A DNA stretch of 64,000 bases, taken from NCBI GenBank assembly GCA_002104905.1, contig MCFE01000104.1, forward strand, positions 1 to 64,000, written 5' to 3'. This DNA comes from Basidiobolus meristosporus CBS 931.73. Lineage: Eukaryota > Fungi > Basidiobolomycota. Below are positions 13,061 through 23,943 of the stretch, piece by piece (position 1 is the stretch's first letter; each line of letters opens with the position of its first letter). A program made the position numbers and the translations under genes. The notes beneath the pieces are model-generated. The model worked only from the letters and a program-made list of their open reading frames with translations. It ran no database searches and was not told the origin of the DNA.

Positions 13061-13509
13061 CCCTATGAAAAATAATTTGGTCCGGTGGGTGGATCCCATT
13101 GAGAAACCGTCCTAATACCAGCGGCTTGGAATTAGTGACCCTCTTAAAAATCTTATGACAGGATCACAATGGCATTTTGCCAATTTTACTGCCAAATAAA
13201 GTTCCAAAACTTGGCAAGATTTGATTAGTGCTGTGACAGTAATTGTATGGTATTGTTGTGGTCTTATTGCACTCTACAACTATTTTGAATGGACCCAACT
13301 GGCCAGGACATTCAATTGCCTTAAATGGCAAGAACCTAACAGTATTTCAATGGCCTCATAGCAAGACTCTAATGGCATTACAACGGTAGTATGGTGGCCT
13401 ACAGCTAGCTCTGTATAATGCTACTGGACCAATTTACCTAATAGTATTTCCTTTTTCTACCTCCTGTTGGGCAATTCATGTATTACACTGTAGAATCACC
13501 CCTCTTTAT

Positions 13510-16200
13510 TTGCTAACTCACTACTACCTTGTGTATTCCATATATAGTTCAAATCAAAAAAAACTATGGCCTCTTGCTTAATAACATCCACAAATATGCA
13601 CACCTGCCGCAATTGACATACTTCTATCACATCAGCTTTATGGCTTTTTAATGTGATACTTGCAAAGCTGCTATATACCTAGTATTGCTGGTAACATATA
13701 TATCTTGCAAACATATGCTTGGGTATTGCTACTTCTGCCATGAATACCTCCTGAATATCTGCAAAGAACTTCTTAGTATTTAGCCAAAATATTCCTTCTC
13801 CCTGCTTCATTCTAGCCCCCCTGATAGGTGTGCTCTGGCTCCTGTTTGTGTGAGCTCCACATTGAATAGTGCAGAAGTTGGCTTGTGACCAAGAGAAATC
13901 CGGCATACCTTGGAAGTTTTTTCCTAATGAAATTAGTTGCTTATTGCACCCAACCCAACCTTGCATTACTTAACTGATTACCCATGCATTGAGGTTGCTT
14001 AGCTACTTAATGCCATAGGCATATGTGTCTCCATGTGCACACCTGTCTTCAGTATTTTCCAACTCTTCCTGGCTGACCTCCATATGCCAACTCATCACAT
14101 CCATGACAGACTTGAAGGTAATATTCTTGATGAGATTGGGATATGGTAGTGCCTGCAACTTGACTTCTCTTTCTATCTCCCCATACATCTGCCCCATAGG
14201 AAACTCCTAAAAGGTGAAGCAAGGCCAAATATTCTCCACACACTAAGCAAGATGGAGTAGCAAATGGATACAGTAGCAGCAGAGATCTACACTTTCAGCT
14301 TTATGTTTGTTGTATAGCCACTTAATACCTGTCACAAACTCCATCCACAACAGCTGTAGATGTGTCAAGTTGGCAATGGTGAGCCGCTTCTGGATAAATA
14401 TTCCTACAATGTCCACAAATGACTCCAAATGCTTCCAATGTACTCTTGGTAGGTATAGCTTCAGAATTCCACTTGAATGAATATATATCCAGTTTATCCA
14501 GTCTTTGCATCTGTATTGTTGCCTATGTGTATAAATATTGATTGGAACCCATGAGAAGTACTTAGGGTAGCAGATACTCTATGATGTCTTGCCAATTCTT
14601 TCAAATTTCTCCAGCATCTTGAAGGGCTCATTTAGCTTGAAATGCCCCATGTACAACTTGGTCATCAGTATAGGGATAATGTTGAAAAGTAAATGCATTG
14701 CTCCTAGTGGAAAGCTTTTACTCCAACAGATACTCTCTATCTTAAGTATCTCCAGTTTCCAATTGTTTGCATATTCCAGCCAATGGCTTATATCTTGCCA
14801 ACTTTGCTGCATTTGCATGCTGACTTCTGTACATTCTCTCGGTGGGAAGATCATGTTCTTAGTGCTGGTGTTTAGTAACAATAATCTGAGTGAGTTATGG
14901 AGTAAATCCCATGGATTTCACACATTTGACAGCAATACTCTCCATTGTGCCCAGAAAACCTGCTATCCTGCTGATGGTTGGGGTATCTCCAATGCAGATA
15001 ATAATATGTGCTTTTACATGATGGCCATCTACTGTTATCCTGCTGGAAAGCATACAAATTCATCCAGCAATAGATACAGGTAGCTATCCAGGTTGGATGG
15101 TGACTTAGGCCCAGATACCAGTGAGACTATCATCAGATTATTGTTCTGATATTGTAAGATGGGCAGCAGATTTGGATTGATGAGAATCAGTGGCCAGCAG
15201 GATTTGCAGGTAAAGTACTTGCTTAATGATATTCCATCAAGTGCTAAGGCAAAGGCATAGTCATACATATCTTCAAAGTAGCCCTTGCTTCTTAGCTGTT
15301 TATAATGTTTGCCATCAAATATATTGGATATGTTTGCGCTTGATTGATTCTGAGTGCAGTACTGTATAGCTTTGCAATATGTGTCAGACTGCATTAGCTT
15401 CCTCAGATGGGGTATTACTGGAATATATTCTAAGTGTGAACAATGTTTTCCCTCAATGGTGGTGGATTCACAGCTATTTGGACATGTAGCATTGGTAGCA
15501 TTTTTGGATGTGAATGCCATGCAATTGTTGACACATGCTTGAGTCAGAACAGTGTCTAGATCATAGGTTGCCAGCTGCATGACGGTTGTCCACTTGTACC
15601 ATGTACATAGTAAGTTACATTCCAGGATGATTTTGGCAAGAAGTAGTAATAAATCCTCAAAGCCCCCATTACTTATATTAGTGGAAATGTGCCACTTCTC
15701 TAGTCACAACATCACATCATTCACCAGTAGATGGATTAATGTGCTCACTTGGCCCCATAAAGTATCCTTAGCATTTTTTTCAACAGGTGTTGTCTTATTG
15801 CATATTGGGATCTACTGGGCTCATATATGGTGCTGTTGTTAAGGGAGATAGGCTCACAATCCATCAGTGAACTTTCTTTGTCAGAGCTATCACTCTGTGT
15901 GCCATATTCAGAAGGCTGAGGTGAGCCTAAAGGCATTGCAAACTCACCTGACTCAGATTGCACACGGTGGCCAAGATGGCCAGGTGCCAATATAGAAATA
16001 TTAACTGGTTGGCAAGAAAATGTTGGTACAATAGTGACCAATGATTGGTCAAATATGACTTGTGTGGCAAAACACTTGCCATGATCTTTGTAATACTTCC
16101 TATGCTATCTGCATGCTTCATGGCTGAGAGGCTTGCAACAATAGCCACATGGTCTTTTTTCTCTTCTCTTACGGTGTTGAATCAAAGTAGTCTCTTCCAT
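13510..16200 (-). pseudogene. CACTA transposase pseudogene, copy B
   Basis: ORF fragments 15035-15580, 14872-15063, 14579-14881 and others: ..FALALDGISLSKYFTCKSCWPLILINPNLLP..VSGPKSPSNLDSYLYLLLDE. Many stops. End coordinate approximate. Confidence 0.8.
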
Positions 16201-16422
16201 GGAGCAAACAGTTTGACCTTCAACAACATAATGCTATTATACCACTTTTTGGTCTGTACTCCCCTGAATTTAAGACAGTCTTGTATTTGAGGCATTGCAC
16301 CTACATGAATGTAAGATTCAATGATGACCTGCCATTGTAAGCATTATAAATAATTTGGTGGCCCCACAAACACATGTATATGTAACACTACTTCCCCTTT
16401 GGTTTGACTCACTTCCATATAT

Positions 16423-18420
16423 ATGCCACCAAAAAATAAAGCAAAGTTGTCTGGTTCCCAACCAAGCCCCACCACTGATGGCAACAGAAGAATGGTTGGA
16501 CAACAGCTTGCTTTGACATGCAGTGCAATAAGCAGGGCTACATTCAAAAAAGGCCATGTTAACTGTGTGCCCAATGCAGGTAATAATGTGGACTCCTCAA
16601 GCTCTCAGTCAAGTTGGTAATGAGAACCTCTGTGGAGCCTCAGGCTGACCATTATGCTCAGGTAGATGAGAATGTAGTAAATGAAGTACCCTTGGTTGAA
16701 GACCTGCAAGTAGCCATCATAACACCACCACCCATATTAGCAAGTATATTGTCAGCTCATACCAAAGCATTAATGAAGCAATTAGGTGCAGTGGCTGATA
16801 GGATAGACACAGTGGCCCAGAGAAATCAGGAAATAGTCCAGAAACAGGATGAGCAGATAATACATGTAGAGCAATCAATATCCCAGGTAGAGAGAGCAGT
16901 ATCTTTGCTGCAAAGAAGGAGCTCAAGTAGCTCAATGTCACAGCCAATAATTGGGCCACTTCCCCATGTAACAGCAGAGGAACACTGTACAGTCTTTAAA
17001 GCACAACAACAGTGCCCAAAGATAATGCCCACAGAGAAACCTGTACAGTGTGGGAGGGAGACAATGTGGTGCTTATACCAAGGCCCAAAAAAAAAGACAT
17101 TGAAGATCTGTGAAGCAGCTGGGTGCAATAATGAAGAGTAGGCTAATATTCAAGAGGCCATTAGAAGTCTAGCATGCCATCACCTTGAGGCCAGCATACC
17201 ATAGGACCATCAGGAACTCAAGGTCAAGCAGAATGTACTTGACTTGTTCCATGAGCATTATCCTGAATTCAAATGGGCCAACAGAACTTGGGCCAGCATT
17301 GGTATGCTGTGAAAGTATCTTAAGAATAGCAGAAACTATCAAAGGCAGAAGAACAAGGGTGCCATGGCTAGAAACTGGTGGTTTCATCACAAGCCCATTA
17401 CTAGCAGGGCCAAAAGCTTCAGGTAAGCATCAAAGAGATGTCAAGTAGCTGGAAGAGTCCAAATTAGGGACAAGCAGGCAGACATGAAGGCACCAGCACA
17501 ACATTTATCAAGGAAAAAGCATTGTACCCCACAAGAAGCACCCAGTCAAACTAGCGGTGAAGGACCTGACGGTGATAATAATAAGCAGCTTGTACAGGAG
17601 CCCATCACACCTATGGATGAGAGCTCAAAACAGGTGGGAAAGAAACTTTGGGTTGCCAGGAGAGTGCCAGCAAGGGACAAGCAGGCCAAACAGATGCATC
17701 AGAGCAGAATTTATCAAGGAGAAAACAGTTCATTACTAGAAGCACTCAGACAAAGTAGCAGTGAAAGACCTGACAGTAATAAAGGAAAAGGTAAATGGAA
17801 AAATGTCTACCCAAGCCTGAGACAGGGAGGCATGCAAAAAAAACTGCATCTCTCAACAATTAACGCTCTAAGCCTGGAACAGACTGAATCCCAACATAGC
17901 CAAGAAGAGTTTCCAACAAGAATACAGCTGTTTTCACAATAGTTGGAAGTGCAGCCAGTTGAGCTACACTCCAGCAAGGAAGATGTGTTTGCAGAAAAAG
18001 GCAATTTGTCTACCACAGCCTCCACATACATCATTGTTGACAGAGTGGAGATCCCACTGACAGACAAGGCTACAGCATCAAGAACTCAAAAGACTATCAC
18101 AATGCCTTCAGTGGTATTTTGGAACAATAATAGGCACACCAAGTGGTTGCAGCACTTCTTCAAGAGCAGTGCTAAAGAATACACACTTGAATATTGCAAA
18201 GATTTATTGCAAAGACTGGCAGATGAGGTGCTAGACCTTGCAGTGGCAGCTGAAGACCAGGACATGTGGGAACCAGTGAATGAAATGTGACATAAAGTCA
18301 TTGGGTTCCTGCCAAAGTTGTGGAACCAGAGTGTTACAGCAGAAGTACTTACTGAGTGGTGGATTTTAATGGAGGTACCTGTTGAGTGTGGGGTTGGGCA
18401 CAATGTTAGTGTAGGGTATA
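16423..18420 (+). pseudogene. CACTA accessory ORF-X, copy B (unknown function, about 650 codons before decay)
   Basis: Chain of ORF fragments 16423-18290 homologous to 10764-12711(-) and 1-1229(-). No recognisable domain. End approximate. Confidence 0.65.
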
Positions 18421-18813
18421 GGGACTTGTATAGGTCAATACATTTGGCAATTGAGGTACAACTGAAGTTTCAACAGATATAAATCAATTTGTACGCATGA
18501 AAAGTTAGAGAAACAGCTAAGTCAGAAAGTAAGGAGTGTGAAAAAGAGCCAATAGCATATCAATCCACACAAATGTAGGAGGTGATATAGTGTCCTATAT
18601 CAGATAGTGAGCAAATTGGCAGGGAACCAATCAAAAGCCACCTATACATTGTTGTGAAGAAATATTTTAACCAAGTTTTTTGTGGAATCTGGGGTGCAAT
18701 TATTTTTCAATGGTCCCTGGACAGTGTCCTGATGGGATCAGTACCTCCTAGTCACAGGACTTTAACTTTGTGATGGCCTTTTGATGGGATTGTTACAATA
18801 ATTTTTTGTAGGG

Positions 18814-21180
18814 ATATCAGAAAGATCACAGCCAGAGTTTTGCCACACAAGTCATATTTGACCATTCACCAGTCACTACTGTACCAACAATATCTTGCTT
18901 GCCACTTGATACTTCTATAATGGCATCTTGCTGTACTTGCCACCTTGTACAAACTGAGCCAGGAGAGTTTGTGATGCCTTTAGGCTCACCCCAGCCTTCT
19001 GAATATGGCAAGCAGAGTGATGGCCCTGAATAAGCAGGTTCACTGGTGAATTGTGAGCCTATCTTCCCTAACAACTGTACCCTGCATGAGCCCAACAAAA
19101 TCCCATTATGCAATGAGACAACACCTGTGAAAGAAAATGCCAAGAATACTTTGTGGAATCAAGTGAGCCCAGTAATCCATCTACTGGTGAATGATGCGAT
19201 GTTGTGGCTAGAGAAGTAGCTTGTTCCACTATTATCAGTAATGGGGGCTTTGAGGATTTACTACTACTTCTTGCCAAAATCATCCTGGGATACAAATTAC
19301 TATGTGTATGGCATAAATGGAAAACCATCATGCAGCTGGCAACATATGACCCAGTGACAGTCCTGATACCACTATGTGTTAACAGTTGCATGGCATTCAC
19401 ATCAGGAAATGCCATCATTGCAAGGTGTCCAACTTGTCAGGAATCCACCACCATTGGGGGAAAACATTGTTCACACTCCAGATATATTCAAGTAATACCC
19501 TTTTTAAAGAAGCTCATGCAGTCTGACAAATATTGCAAAGCTTTACAGTACCTCACTCAGTATCAATCAAGTGTAAATATATCTGATATATTTGATAGCA
19601 TACATTACAAACAGTTAAGAAGCAAGGGCTATTTTGAAGATATGTATGACCATGCCTTTGCCTTGGCACTTGATAGATTCTCATTATACAAGTACTCTAC
19701 CAGCAAACCCTGCTGGCCACTGATTCTTGTCAACCTGAATCTGCCGCCTATCTTATGGTATCAGAGCCAAAATCTGATGGTAGTCTCACTGATATCTGGG
19801 CCTAAATCACCATCCAACCTGGATATCTACCTATATCCATTGCTGGATGAATTGTGTATGCTTTCCAGCAGGAAAACAGTAAACGGCTGTCACATAAAAG
19901 CGCATATTATCATCTGCATTGGAGATACCCCAGCCATTATCAAGATAGCCAGCTTTTCTGGGCACAATAGATGGTATTGCTGTTGAATGTGTGAGATCTA
20001 GGGGACTTACTCCATAACTCACACACATTATTATTACCCAAACACCAGCACTAAGAACATCATCTTCAATAGAGAGAATGTACAGAAGTCAGCATGCAAT
20101 TGCAGCAAAGTTGGCAAGCTATGAGCCATTGGTCAGAATATACAATCATTCAGAAACCAGATATACTTAAGATAGAGGGTATGTTTTTGAGCAAAAGCTT
20201 TCCACTGAAGGCAATGCATTTGCTTTTCAACAATATCCCTATACTGATGACCAAGTTGTACATGGAGCATTTCTAGCTAAATGAGCCCTTTGAGATACCA
20301 GAGAAATTTCAAAGAATTGGCAAGATATGACAGAGTATCTGCTACCCTAAGTACTTCTGACAGGCCCCAATCAACATTCATACACATATGCAACAATACT
20401 AGTGCAAGGACTGAATGAACTTGATATGTATTAATCCAAGTGGCCTTCTGAAGCCATTTCTACCATGAGTACATTGAAGGTATTGGGAGTCATATGTGGA
20501 TATTGTAGGAATATTTATCCAGAAGTGGATCACCAACACCAACTTGATGCATCTACAGCTGTTGTGCAAGGAGTTTGTGACTGGGTTTGAGCGGCTATAC
20601 TACAAACATAAAGCGGAATGTGTAGATCTCTGCTGCTACTGTATCCATTTGCTACTCCATCTTACTTGGTGTGTTGAGAATATTGGACCTTGCTTCACCT
20701 TGTGGGAGCTTCCTATGAAGCAGATGTGTGGGGAGATAGGAAGACAAGTCAGGTTGCATGTACTACCATATCTCAATCTTATCAAGAATATTACCTTCAG
20801 GTCTGTCATGGATGTGATGAGTTGGCACATGGAGGACAGGCATGAAGAGTTGGAAAATACTGGGGACAAATGTGCACATGGGGACACCTATGCCTATGGC
20901 ATTAAGAAGCATAGCAGCCCCAATGTGTGGGTAATCAGTTAAGTAATGCAAAGTTGGGTTGGGTGCAACAAGCAACTAATTTGTATTAGGAAAACTCTAC
21001 CAAGGTATGCCAGATTTCTCATGATCACAGGCCAACTTCTACACCATTTAGTACAGAATTCACACAAACAAGAGCCATCATGCACCTATAAGGGGGACTA
21101 GAATCCAGCAGAGAGTAGGAATATATTGGCTAAATACCAAGATGTTCTTTGTGGATATTCAGGAGGTTTTCATGGCAGAA
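18814..21180 (+). mobile_element. CACTA copy D, right part (transposase pseudogene), truncated at a junction with Gypsy-2
   Basis: ORF 19204-19986 is the best-preserved Tnp2 segment (CWPLILVNLNLPP..ISGPKSPSNLDIYLYPLLDEL..CIGDTPAIIKIASFSGH). Similarity to copies A/B ends at CATGGCAGAA (21180). Confidence 0.85.
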
Positions 21181-22100
21181 ATCAAGTTAATCTTGGTGAA
21201 GACTTGGGCAGCAGATAGTTGATCCAACAGTGTGTTGATCAGGGGCAGGGGGTAGTGGCTCTTGACTGTGATCTTATTCAAAGCACGGTAGTCCACACAC
21301 ATTCTGAGGGTGCCATCCTTCTTCTTGACAAAGATGATTGGGGCTCCAGCAGGTGATTTGGAGTGCTGAATAAAACCCTTCTGGAGGTTTTCTCCAATAT
21401 AACCATGGAGTTCTTTCAACTCCGGCTGGGAGAGGTTATATATTGGGCCAAATGGAGGGACTTTTCCATCTTCAAGGTCAATAGGGCAGTCATAAGGCCA
21501 ATGTTCAGGGAGGAGTTCTGCTTTCTTCTTGTCAAACACATGGGCAAACTCTTGGTACTTGGCTGGTATGTTTGCTGAGGGGGCTCCTTCAGCTGGCAAG
21601 GTATCTTGGGCTGTTGAACTGTTGGCAACAGTCTTTTCACAGTTATCAGGGTCTGGAGATTTCATGGAGTTGACTTGGTGGGATCTGGTGAATGATGGGA
21701 TATTGGATTTCCAATCAATACTTGGATTGTGGTAGCTCAGCCAGGAGCTTCCAAGCACAATAGGATAGTGTGGTGAGTTGATGATGTTGAAGGCAATTCT
21801 TTCTTGGTGAGCAGTACTGGACAGCTGAAGTAAGCATGTTTCATGGGTAACGGCACCAGAGGAGAGTGATCATCCATCAATAACTTCTACTTGGGCTGGA
21901 CAGGATTTCAAGGTAACAGGAATAGAGTGCTTCTGGACAAAGGCTTGGTCGATGAAACAGGATGAAGCACCGGAATCAATCAGGGCTAGGACTGGGACAG
22001 GACTGGAGTCAGGGATCTGGATTTTGACAGGCATTCTCAAGGACTGGATAGATTTTGTGGCAAAGGAAGATTCTTGGATATGCTGGATTTTCATAGGTGG

Positions 22101-22145
22101 GTCCAGTTGCAAGCCTGTCAGTGCAACTGGACATTGGAGTTTCCC
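22101..22145 (-). promoter_or_regulatory. -1 programmed ribosomal frameshift signal (G GGA AAC + 6-nt spacer + 11-bp hairpin) between Gypsy-2 gag and pol
   Basis: Heptamer at 22145-22139 is in the gag frame. GTCCAGTTGCA/TGCAACTGGAC is a perfect stem with a 10-nt loop. The -1 frame reads through the gag stop into the protease ORF. Confidence 0.85.
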
Positions 22146-23131
22146 AACAGATCTGAATCAGGTTGGTTACTGGAGGACTGCATCAGCTTGAAGCTGGACT
22201 TCTTGTTGGGGCAGGACTTGGCAAAGTGACCTGGTTGGCCACAGTATAGACAGAGGTTGGCTTGTTGACATCTGGACTTTTCACTCTTTGATAGTTTCTT
22301 GTATTTGGCACTATCAATCTGCATAGGATCTTCTGGAGTGACTTGGGGAGCAGGAGGGGCTGGGACTGCAACAGGAATGTGTCTTTGATGGTTTTTTTGC
22401 TTCTTCTGGAATAGTCTGTTATCACACTGGATTGCTTGGTGCATAGCTTCAACCAATGTATCTGGATCTGGGAGTGTGAGTAGCAGATCACAAACTTCAT
22501 CATTAAGGCCATCTTGGAATTGGCTTATCAAGTCTGCTTGACCCCAGGAGCTGAGGTCACTGGAGAGTTGTTGGAATTCTAAGGCATAGACTGATGCTGG
22601 TTTGTTCCCTTGTTTGAGGGTCTTGATCTTGTTGGCGGCAGTTCTGGCTTGGTCAAGGTTACCAAATGTTAGCTCCATTTCAGTGAGAAAAGCTTGATAG
22701 TCTCTGAGGAGGGGAGAGTTGGTCTCCACTAATGGGGAGAACCACTTGAGAGCTGTACCAGTAAGCAGGTTGGAGATGAAACCAACTTTGGCCTGGTCAG
22801 TGGGGTACCGGTTGGGCTGGAGTGCAGGATTGTTCTTCACCATGTTGATGAAGGCACAGAATTTGTTCTGAGAGCCATTGAACTTGGTAGCAGGAGTGTT
22901 CTTGGGTTCTTAGTAGACTGGGACATGGCTAGTTTGCTGGACACTTTGGTTCTGGAACTAAGCAAGAGTGTTTCTGAGGTCTGCATGGTCTTGCTGCAGT
23001 TGAGTAAAGGCAGCCATGAGCTGGGCAAAGCTCAGCTCTAGGTTGGACATGGTAGCAGAGGAAGGCGGATGAACTTGCAAGGAATACTGGAATATACTAA
23101 ACTAGGTTGTGGGTTTGTAAAGCCACTAGTA

Positions 23132-23943
23132 TGTCAAGAATACAACTATTGAGCCACAATCCCCAACTTAAATAAGTTAGCATCACTTCAGAAGGTACTG
23201 GTTTTGACATCCTTTGATAGAGTATTGTACTAAAGCTTCCAATACTGTAACAACTGTAAACTCCACCAGCAGGGTAAGAAAGTGAATGCAGCTTTGACCA
23301 AGAGTTTTACAAAGATAAAGTATCTTTGCCTTTATAGGACAAGACTAGGGAAAGATGATGGGTGATACTTACGGGGCGTATTCCTTTTACAAGTTTTCTT
23401 AAAACTTTGGGCAGAAGGCAGGGATCCACAGGTAAGTCAGGAGAGTCTGATAAAACTGTTATGAATAGACACAAGGCAGGAGGAAAAGCTAGGCATGGCA
23501 GGAAAGGACTTTGGTGTGGACCATCAAGGCAAGGCAGGATTCAAGACAAGGCTGTTTATTCAAGACCTGTGTTTATCAGACTGAGGAATACTTAAGGGGG
23601 GATAGGACTATATATACTTTTTGGCTATACTGATGCTGAGAGATATTAGCTATTACTAATGGGGTTGTGGGGTGAGGCACAGCAATGTGCTGGGGATAAT
23701 AATATAGAAGGCAAGGCACTGAGACAGGATGGGGAAATGGATTGGGTCTCCTGATCATGTGACCTGGTATTTCCATATATGGTACTGGACTATGAAAAAT
23801 ACAATGGGAAGCTTCCATGGAATGTTCCAATGTGTAATAATGGCCTGGAATGGTCAGGAACTTTCTGGAAGGAATCTCCTAGAAATTGAGCTAGGAAGCT
23901 GAAACTTGGCATGGGTGTTCATGGTTGTCATGTGATCATGACA
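23132..23943 (-). repeat. Gypsy-2 5' LTR
   Basis: TGTCA/TGACA termini. Copia gag sequence resumes immediately at 23944. Confidence 0.75.

Larger units (their letters stand above)
13061..18813 (-). mobile_element. CACTA copy B: complete 5753-bp element, inverted and nested in copy D
   Basis: TIRs CCCTATGAAAAATAATT and (reverse complement) CCCTACAAAAAATTATT. 3-bp TSD ATA (13058-13060 / 18814-18816). Flanks rejoin into continuous transposase sequence. Confidence 0.9.
21181..23943 (-). mobile_element. Gypsy-2: 3'-truncated Ty3/Gypsy (chromovirus/PEG10-like gag) with 812-bp 5' LTR, gag, protease and start of RT
   Basis: LTR 23132-23943 has TGTCA...TGACA ends, TATA and AATAAA. Gag ATG at 23050; ..YPTDQAKVGFISNLLTGTALKWFSPL.., CLYCGQPGHFAKSC knuckle, LIDSGAS protease, RT ..[26 protein letters not shown]. 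Breaks at KINL. Confidence 0.9.

Noticed and set aside
23050-23062. TGGTAGCAGAGGA, a near-perfect tRNA-iMet PBS
   Set aside because: It is on the strand opposite to Gypsy-2 and about 70 nt from the LTR end; it is simply the reverse complement of the gag start context (CCTCTGCTACC ATG).
23110-23131. Possible Tf1-type self-priming PBS for Gypsy-2 (TACTAGTGGCT)
   Set aside because: I found no complementary 11-mer downstream of the LTR TATA box. The best match (8/11) lies upstream of it, so the priming mode is unresolved.
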